Assembly: GCF_900199515.1 (NCBI RefSeq)
Contig: NZ_LT963434.1
Location: forward strand, 241,271-273,270
DNA length: 32,000 bases
Direction: 5' to 3'
DNA from: Massilicoli timonensis
GTDB taxonomy: Bacteria; Bacillota_I; Bacilli_A; Erysipelotrichales; Erysipelotrichaceae
Shown here: one piece after another, positions 26,127 through 32,000 of the stretch
Numbering within the stretch: the first letter of the stretch is position 1
Layout of the letters: every line of letters begins with the position of its first letter
Notes under the pieces: generated by a model
What the model saw: only the letters and a program-made list of their open reading frames with translations
What the model was told of the DNA's origin: nothing
Databases searched by the model: none
Made by a program: the position numbers and the translations under genes

Positions 26127-27107
26127 ATGATCGAAGTGTTAAAAAAACAGTGGTTCGTTGTTCTGATCGCACTGATCTTCACGTCATTTGCGATCTATTA
26201 TATCTATGACACCAATAAAGGCAAATTGCCCGGTAAATCCATAGATGGCAAAGATGTTGTTGCGACGATCGGCGAACAGACGATCACTGCCGATGATCTG
26301 TACGACGGCTTAGACAAAACGATGAGCGGCAGCGTCGCATCCGTTTATTTCAGCCGCTATGTAGCAGATCAAAGCGTAGAAACGACAGATGCACTAAAAG
26401 AAGAAGCAAAGACCAATGCAGAGGGCTATCGCTCTTATGTGGAACAAACCTATGGAACCGCTACGGACGATATGATCGCTGCATCATTAAAACAGCTGAA
26501 TTTTGATTCTTTGGAAGATTACTTCTTGATCGAAGCAAAAAAGACGAAGCTGTATCAGGATTACTATGACAAGCATTTAGAAGAGCTGTTTCAGCCGCTG
26601 TGCGAGGAAAAGAACGGACGGGTGCTCTCACATATCTTGATCAAGATGGATGATGCGGAAAACCCGACGGAGGAAGAATTGGCAAAGATCGAAAAAGTTG
26701 ATGCGGCGCTTGCCGAAGGCGAGGACTTTGGCGATGTTGCGGAAAAATACTCCGACGACAGCAGCGCATCAGACGGCGGTCTGCTCGGTTACAGCGATGA
26801 TGACACCAGTTATGTAACGGCCTTTAAGGAAACGGCGGCTACCTTGAAAAAAGGTGAAGTCAGCGACTGGGTAAAAGTAACTTCTACCAATTATTCCGGC
26901 TGGCACAAGATCTTGTGCGTGGAAGACAGCTATGAAGGGATCATCGAAAATAAAGATGTCAAAGAAAGCATCTATTCGGCGATCGAAAGCGCCAACTCGA
27001 CGATTCGCAGCGAGATCATCTGGAAAGCCGGTAAGAAACTGGACATCTCTTTCGCGGATAAAGAACTGAAAGCAGCCCTATTAGAAGCACTGGGCTTAGA
27101 CGAGTAA
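26127..27107 (+). CDS. membrane-anchored parvulin-type peptidyl-prolyl isomerase (PrsA/SurA-like)
   Basis: N-terminal signal-anchor TM (WFVVLIALIFTSFAIYYIY). Parvulin block RVLSHILIKMDD…GEDFGDVAEKYSDDSSASDGGLLGY…GWHKILCVE. Confidence 0.85.
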   Translation: MIEVLKKQWFVVLIALIFTSFAIYYIYDTNKGKLPGKSIDGKDVVATIGEQTITADDLYDGLDKTMSGSVASVYFSRYVADQSVETTDALKEEAKTNAEGYRSYVEQTYGTATDDMIAASLKQLNFDSLEDYFLIEAKKTKLYQDYYDKHLEELFQPLCEEKNGRVLSHILIKMDDAENPTEEELAKIEKVDAALAEGEDFGDVAEKYSDDSSASDGGLLGYSDDDTSYVTAFKETAATLKKGEVSDWVKVTSTNYSGWHKILCVEDSYEGIIENKDVKESIYSAIESANSTIRSEIIWKAGKKLDISFADKELKAALLEALGLDE

Positions 27108-27120
27108 GGAGGCGATCACA

Positions 27121-27990
27121 ATGAAGAAATTATGGACTCTTGCCTTAGCGGCAGGTTTGCTTGCCCTTAGCGGATGCAGTGATGCTGTGGCTGAGATCAG
27201 CAACGGCAGCGAAGTCGTATTCAGCGTCGGTGATCGATCGGTTACCCGTGAAGATATGTTTACGACTTATAAATCCTCCGGCGCCAGCTATATCATTCAG
27301 GAAGCGACACGCTATATCGTCGATCAGGAAGTCGAAACGACGGAAGAAATGGAAAAACAGGCACAGGAGGAGCTGGACAACTTTAAGAACACCTACGGTG
27401 ATCAAAGTGAATCTTATATCAAACTGGGCGGCTATCAGGATGAAAATGACTATCGCGACCGTTATCTGCTCTTAAACATCAAGACCAAGCAGCTGCCTTA
27501 TGTGTTCATCAAGGACAATTTCAAGAGCCAGGCAGAAAAATATCACCCGATGAAGGTGCAGATCTTAGAAACAACTGAGTTAGGCAATGCGCAGAGCGCA
27601 CTGGAAGCGATCAAAAACGGCGGTGATTTTGAAGAGAACGTCACTGCCTATGGCGATACCACCAACTTCAAGGGCGAAGCGGAGATCATCACTTCTCAGA
27701 CAACTTCTCTGCCGGAATCGATCTTTGAGCAGTTAAAGAAGAATACCAAATCCGATTATCTGTTTGATGAAGTGCTTTCCGATACGACCACCGGTAAATA
27801 CTATGTGATCCGTGTGATCCATGCCGATCCAAATGATTTTAAGGAAGAAGCAATAGAGGCAATGGCTTCGATCTCCACGATGCAGACGACTGCCTTTACC
27901 CATTATCTGAAAAAATATGACTTCCGCATTTATGACATCGACATCTATCAGGATATCAACGAATCACAGCCTGACTATATCGTACAGTAA
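27121..27990 (+). CDS. PrsA-like foldase lipoprotein with degenerate parvulin domain
   Basis: Lipobox LALSGC at residues 15-19. SurA-N-like region, then a parvulin-like block in which the usual His positions read KVQIL and YYVIRV. Confidence 0.7.
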   Translation: MKKLWTLALAAGLLALSGCSDAVAEISNGSEVVFSVGDRSVTREDMFTTYKSSGASYIIQEATRYIVDQEVETTEEMEKQAQEELDNFKNTYGDQSESYIKLGGYQDENDYRDRYLLLNIKTKQLPYVFIKDNFKSQAEKYHPMKVQILETTELGNAQSALEAIKNGGDFEENVTAYGDTTNFKGEAEIITSQTTSLPESIFEQLKKNTKSDYLFDEVLSDTTTGKYYVIRVIHADPNDFKEEAIEAMASISTMQTTAFTHYLKKYDFRIYDIDIYQDINESQPDYIVQ

Positions 27991-28011
27991 AAACTGCTTC
28001 GGCAGTTTTTT
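27988..28011. repeat. 24-bp direct repeat (target duplication of the IS1182-family element), left copy
   Basis: TAAAAACTGCTTCGGCAGTTTTTT is identical to 31770-31793. It comprises the stop codon of the PrsA-like gene plus its entire terminator hairpin. Confidence 0.85.
27989..28011 (+). terminator. rho-independent terminator of the PrsA-like operon (copy 1)
   Basis: AAAAACTGC-TTCG-GCAGTTTTTT, with a UUCG-type tetraloop. Confidence 0.75.
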
Positions 28012-29519
28012 CAGACTGTTGACAAAGTGGTACTTAAAAGTAAGTATCGCTTTTCTTTTTTAGTAAAATAATTTGAAATGGTATATTTTATTAGATTTAT
28101 TAGATTTTGTGCAGGTTTAGAGCTATTTTTCCATCTCCACCTTGCCATTCTTTTCAGATTATGACACGCAAAAATCATCAGCGCTTGATGCTGATTTTTT
28201 AGTAGCCCTTTTAACCTTGTATATCTTAGATTATGGTGTTCCTTACAATCGCCAAATACTCGCTCAATGCTTTCTTTTCGTTTCGGATAGATTTCCTTCC
28301 ATTCAGGTGTATGTCGTATCTCATCCATTACTTCTTCTCGATACTCTTCCCATACATGACGTGTGATTACCTTTTGATGATTCTTTGATTGCGTACATTT
28401 TTCTCTAAATGGACAATTCCTGCAGTCTTCCGGATTTGATTTATACTCCTTATATCCTAGTTTGTTTGTTGTGCTGTAATGCAGTACCTTATCATTTGGA
28501 CACAGATAACAGTCAAAGCCTTCATCATATACCATTTCGTAACTGTTCTTTTTGAAAAACCCTTTCTTCGTCATTGGCCTTTTATAAGGAACATACATTT
28601 TTTGCTTATGTTCCAGTATGGTCTTACAAATTGCCGGTGTAATATATCCTGCATCTAAACATATATTCTTTATCTGTTCTCTATATTTTTCGCTCATTAC
28701 CTCATATGCCGGAAAAAAGGATACGCTGTCATGCACATTCCCTGACACGCATAATGTGTAAATTACAAATCCATTCTTATCGCAGAATGTCTGATGAGAA
28801 TATGCAAAGCATTTTTCTTTTTCCCCTTTATGAAAACATCCGCTTTCTGGATCCGTTCTGCTTACCTTGATGTGCTTTGTTTCTACATCTCTTTTCAGCT
28901 TGCCACTTTCTTCATCATAATTCAGCTCTTCTTGTTTATTGGCTTTTATTGGCTTTTTCCCATGCTTTTCACGGTCTTTATTGATCTCTGCCAATAGTTC
29001 ATCTTCATACACTTTCTTTGCGATCATGACCTCTTCATCTGTATACTTATTTTTATTGGCGTTTGCTTTCTGGTGTGTGGAATCTCCAAATACTGTTTCC
29101 ATATCTACGAATCCATAGCCAATAGCCTGTTTTAGTATCTGATCAAATATCTGTTCAAATACCTGACTGTCTCCATATCTTCGTATATAATTTTGACTCC
29201 ATGTCGAATAGTTGGGCACTTGTTCTTCCATTGAGATCCCAAGAAACCAGCGATATGCCAAATTGACCTGTATTTCTTTACACGTTCTTCGCATAGATCC
29301 TATACCAAATATGATATTTATAAAAATCATTTTGAAAAGTACCACAGGATCGATGCTTGGTCTTCCAAAATCACTATATAGATGTTCGACTAATGGATAA
29401 ATAAAACTCCAATCTATACAGGATTCCAGTTTCCTTACTTCATGATCTTGTGGTACTAGTCCTTCTATTGTATTCAATATGATACTATCGTTTTTGCTAT
29501 TTCTTTTGGTCATTGCCAT
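28011..29519 (-). CDS. IS1182-family transposase
   Basis: 502 aa with an N-terminal InsH/DUF772-like block (LVPQDHEVRKLESCIDWSFIYP…GRPSIDPVVLFKM…LAYRWFLG). Cys-rich CYLCPNDK…CRNCPFREKCT and a C-terminal DDE region. The ORF runs through the IR. Confidence 0.8.
   Translation of the reverse strand: MAMTKRNSKNDSIILNTIEGLVPQDHEVRKLESCIDWSFIYPLVEHLYSDFGRPSIDPVVLFKMIFINIIFGIGSMRRTCKEIQVNLAYRWFLGISMEEQVPNYSTWSQNYIRRYGDSQVFEQIFDQILKQAIGYGFVDMETVFGDSTHQKANANKNKYTDEEVMIAKKVYEDELLAEINKDREKHGKKPIKANKQEELNYDEESGKLKRDVETKHIKVSRTDPESGCFHKGEKEKCFAYSHQTFCDKNGFVIYTLCVSGNVHDSVSFFPAYEVMSEKYREQIKNICLDAGYITPAICKTILEHKQKMYVPYKRPMTKKGFFKKNSYEMVYDEGFDCYLCPNDKVLHYSTTNKLGYKEYKSNPEDCRNCPFREKCTQSKNHQKVITRHVWEEYREEVMDEIRHTPEWKEIYPKRKESIERVFGDCKEHHNLRYTRLKGLLKNQHQALMIFACHNLKRMARWRWKNSSKPAQNLINLIKYTISNYFTKKEKRYLLLSTTLSTV
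28012..28029. repeat. IS1182-family terminal IR (transposase 3' end)
   Basis: CAGACTGTTGACAAAGTG is the exact reverse complement of 31752-31769. It encodes the last transposase codons. Confidence 0.88.
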
Positions 29520-29545
29520 ATGTAATCACTCCTAGCCGCGTCTTT

Positions 29546-29633
29546 ATTATACCATTTTTTATGATACGATCGGATATATAAAAAACAAGAAGTGCCTCAT
29601 GTTTTGCGAACTAGGACGAGGTCATCTTCTTGC
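29546..29633. repeat. long direct repeat flanking the IS1634-family insertion, left copy
   Basis: 29553-29633 is identical to 31614-31694 (81 bp). It extends to 88 bp with one mismatch (c29552 vs a31613). Confidence 0.88.
29580..29632 (-). terminator. terminator-like hairpin upstream of the IS1182 transposase promoter (second copy at 31641-31693)
   Basis: Minus strand: CAAGAAG…CCUC…GAGG…CUUCUUG, then U6. It is followed by the extended -10 TGGTATAAT (29554-29546) and SD AGGAGTG before the ATG at 29519. Confidence 0.4.
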
Positions 29634-31606
29634 GGGAGTTTGACACCTAAAAAAATAACAATATTCAAATAAAGGCTTAATCAAAAGCTTTTTTTATACT
29701 TTTTTTGTCAATTTTTTAGTTTTTGTATAGCGTATTGTGCCGTATTGTGTTATAATGTCGTTAGGTGGTGATCCTTCTATGCGTATCAATATTGTCAAAT
29801 CTAAGAATGCTGAACAACTATATATTATTCACTCTTACAGAATAAACGGTAAGAATACTTCCAAAATCTATAAAAAACTTGGCTCTATGGATCAACTCCT
29901 TCCTCTTCATAACAATGATCGTGATCAGGTCCTTGCCTGGGCCAAAGAGCAGGCTCGTCTTGCTACCGAACAATATGATCAAGAAAATGAAAAAGTTTCT
30001 ATATCTTTTCATCCTAATCTACATATCAAGAAAAATGAACAACATTCTTTTAATTGCGGTTATTTGTTTCTTCAATCTATTTGCTCTCAGCTTCGCTTCG
30101 ATAATATCTTCCGCAACATGAAAACCCGTCATAACTTCACTTTCCCTATTCAATCCATCTTCTCCGATCTGATCTATTCTCGTATCCTTCATCCTTCCAG
30201 TAAAAAGAGCTCTTATGATTTCGCTCACACCTTGCTGGAACAGCCTAAATATGATATCCATCATATTTACAGAGCGTTATCTATTCTCGCTCAAGAATCT
30301 GATTATATTCAATCCGAAGTTTATAAGAACTCTCACTTCATTCATCATCGTAATACAAAGGTCCTTTATTATGACTGTACCAATTACTATTTTGAAATTG
30401 AAGAGGACGATGATTTAAGAAAATATGGAAAATCAAAAGAACATCGGCCAAATCCAATCGTTACGATGGGACTGTTTATGGATACCGACGGGATCCCTTT
30501 GGCTTTCGATCTGTATCCCGGTAATCAAAATGAACAGAAAACATTGAAGCCTTTAGAACAGAAGATCATTCGTGATTTTGATTGCAGTGAGTTTATCTAT
30601 TGCAGTGATGCCGGTCTAGGTTCTCAAGATAATAAACTGTTCAATGATATGCAAGGACGTTCTTATGTTATTGCCCAATCCTTGAAGAAACTGAAGAAAG
30701 AAGATAGAGAAATTGCTTTGGATCCTACTCAATTTAGAAAAGTAGGAAGTAATCGATTGATCGATTTGCGTGAATTAGACGAAAGCGATCCATCTGTTTA
30801 CGGAGAGATTTATTATAAAGAAGTACCTATCGAATCAAAGAAACTATCTGAAACGATGATCGTAACCTATTCGCCTAAATATCGTGCTTATCAAGCAAAT
30901 ATACGTCAAAAGCAATTAGAACGAGCACAAAAACTATTAAATACAAGCAAGAACATTAGAAAAGAGCGGAAGAACCCGAATGATCCGGCTAGATTCATAA
31001 AGAAAACATCCGTTACAGAATATGGAGAAGTCGCTGATCAAGTTATTTATGAACTAGATCAGGAAAAGATAGGACAAGAAGCAATGTATGATGGTTTCTA
31101 TGCCGTTACAACGGATATAGATGGAAGCATAGAAGAAATTATTCAGATCAACCAAAGAAGATGGCAGATAGAAGAATGCTTTCGTATCATGAAAACAGAG
31201 TTTGAGGCAAGGCCGGTATATTTACAAAGAGAGGATCGGATCAAGGCGCATTTTCTGATCTGTTTCATATCACTGTTGGTTTATCGTTTACTGGAAGAAA
31301 AGTTAGATAAGGAATATAGCGTAGAACAGATCATACATACATTACGAGAAATGAATGTATGTGAGATAGAAGGATATGGATATATACCGACTTATAAACG
31401 AACCGATCTAACAGACAAATTACATGAATTGTTTGGATTTTATACAGATACCCAGATTATCAAACAGAAGAAAATGAGAAATATTATCCACAAATCAAAG
31501 AACAGATAAAAAAATACCACATATCGTTACAAAACGAAAACTCAAGATTAGCCTTTATTTATCAGCTTTTCTTGAGTTTTTTCATTGTCTAGGTGTCAAA
31601 CTTGGG
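29634..31606 (+). mobile_element. IS1634-family insertion sequence (1973 bp) nested in the IS1182-family element
   Basis: 13-bp perfect IR core AGTTTGACACCTA (29637-29649 / 31590-31602), set 3-4 nt in from each end. One long transposase ORF. Flanked by the 81-88-bp direct repeat. Extended -10 TGTTATAAT upstream of the gene. Confidence 0.82.
29779..31509 (+). CDS. IS1634-family (IS4-like DDE) transposase
   Basis: MRINIVKSKNAEQLYIIHSYRINGKNTSKIYKKLG… is the typical IS1634-family N-terminus. DDE region (YYDCTNYYFE…CSDAGL…RRWQIEECFRIMK). The ATG at 29779 follows GGTGGTGA. Confidence 0.8.
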   Translation: MRINIVKSKNAEQLYIIHSYRINGKNTSKIYKKLGSMDQLLPLHNNDRDQVLAWAKEQARLATEQYDQENEKVSISFHPNLHIKKNEQHSFNCGYLFLQSICSQLRFDNIFRNMKTRHNFTFPIQSIFSDLIYSRILHPSSKKSSYDFAHTLLEQPKYDIHHIYRALSILAQESDYIQSEVYKNSHFIHHRNTKVLYYDCTNYYFEIEEDDDLRKYGKSKEHRPNPIVTMGLFMDTDGIPLAFDLYPGNQNEQKTLKPLEQKIIRDFDCSEFIYCSDAGLGSQDNKLFNDMQGRSYVIAQSLKKLKKEDREIALDPTQFRKVGSNRLIDLRELDESDPSVYGEIYYKEVPIESKKLSETMIVTYSPKYRAYQANIRQKQLERAQKLLNTSKNIRKERKNPNDPARFIKKTSVTEYGEVADQVIYELDQEKIGQEAMYDGFYAVTTDIDGSIEEIIQINQRRWQIEECFRIMKTEFEARPVYLQREDRIKAHFLICFISLLVYRLLEEKLDKEYSVEQIIHTLREMNVCEIEGYGYIPTYKRTDLTDKLHELFGFYTDTQIIKQKKMRNIIHKSKNR

Positions 31607-31694
31607 ATTATAACATTTTTTATGATACGATCGGATATATAAAAAACAAGAAGTGCCTCATGTTTTGCGAACTAGGACGAGGTCATCTTCTTGC
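31607..31694. repeat. long direct repeat flanking the IS1634-family insertion, right copy
   Basis: See 29546-29633. Confidence 0.88.
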
Positions 31695-31751
31695 TTTTTT
31701 ATTTTATCATATCTTTCCCTATCAGAAAAGAAAAAAACTGTTGACTCCTTT

Positions 31752-31769
31752 CACTTTGTCAACAGTCTG
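31752..31769. repeat. IS1182-family terminal IR (transposase 5' side)
   Basis: CACTTTGTCAACAGTCTG is the reverse complement of 28012-28029. Confidence 0.88.
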
Positions 31770-31793
31770 TAAAAACTGCTTCGGCAGTTTTTT
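31770..31793. repeat. 24-bp direct repeat, right copy
   Basis: Identical to 27988-28011. Confidence 0.85.
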
Positions 31794-31794
31794 T
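31771..31794 (+). terminator. duplicated copy of the PrsA-operon terminator (copy 2)
   Basis: AAAAACTGC-TTCG-GCAGTTTTTTT. Confidence 0.7.
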
Positions 31795-31795
31795 C

Positions 31796-32000
<205 letters not shown>

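Larger units (their letters stand above)
28012..31769 (-). mobile_element. IS1182-family insertion sequence (about 1.7 kb) interrupted by a nested IS1634-family element; 3758 bp in total
   Basis: 18-bp perfect terminal IRs (28012-28029 / 31752-31769) flanked by 24-bp direct repeats. Removing 29634-31606 and one 88-bp repeat leaves 1697 bp. Confidence 0.85.

Overview
This is a 32-kb chromosomal window from a low-GC Gram-positive bacterium (Bacillota). A single-chain glyQS, a SufS-SufU pair, YqfC/YqfD and the ISL3/IS1182/IS1634 content make an Erysipelotrichia- or Clostridia-like host plausible, but that is inference only.

The backbone is housekeeping and syntenic with the B. subtilis yqf / sigA-dnaG region. 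Gene order (arrows give transcription direction):
- ispG (5'-partial)
- nfo<-cshB
- ispH
- alpha/beta hydrolase
- ansA
- [ISL3 element]
- trmK<-sigA<-dnaG<-glyQS
- recO<-era<-cdd<-dgkA<-ybeY
- phoH<-yqfD<-yqfC
- AlaX-like<-NUDIX
- C26 amidotransferase
- DedA<-HAD<-MFS<-MTHFS<-sufU<-sufS
- two PrsA-like foldases
- [IS1182-family element carrying a nested IS1634-family element]
- hit (3'-partial)

I saw no rRNA, tRNA or CRISPR array, and I do not see a multi-gene defence or biosynthetic system.

The unexplained signal is at the RNA and mobile-DNA level:
1. A promoter, then a three-way-junction RNA with C-rich loops, then an intrinsic terminator, abutting the SD of the NUDIX/AlaX-like operon (about 20286-20454, minus strand). 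It matches no riboswitch consensus I can recall.
2. A GC-rich structured island of about 200 nt in the 448-nt recO-glyQS spacer, where a glycine T-box would be expected but is absent.
3. A fully resolvable nested IS architecture with unusually long target duplications: 24 bp copying a whole terminator, and 81-88 bp inside the outer IS.

Several listed ORF starts were corrected using SD spacing and neighbouring stop codons. Everything here is by-eye reading. No folding program, covariance test or database search was run.
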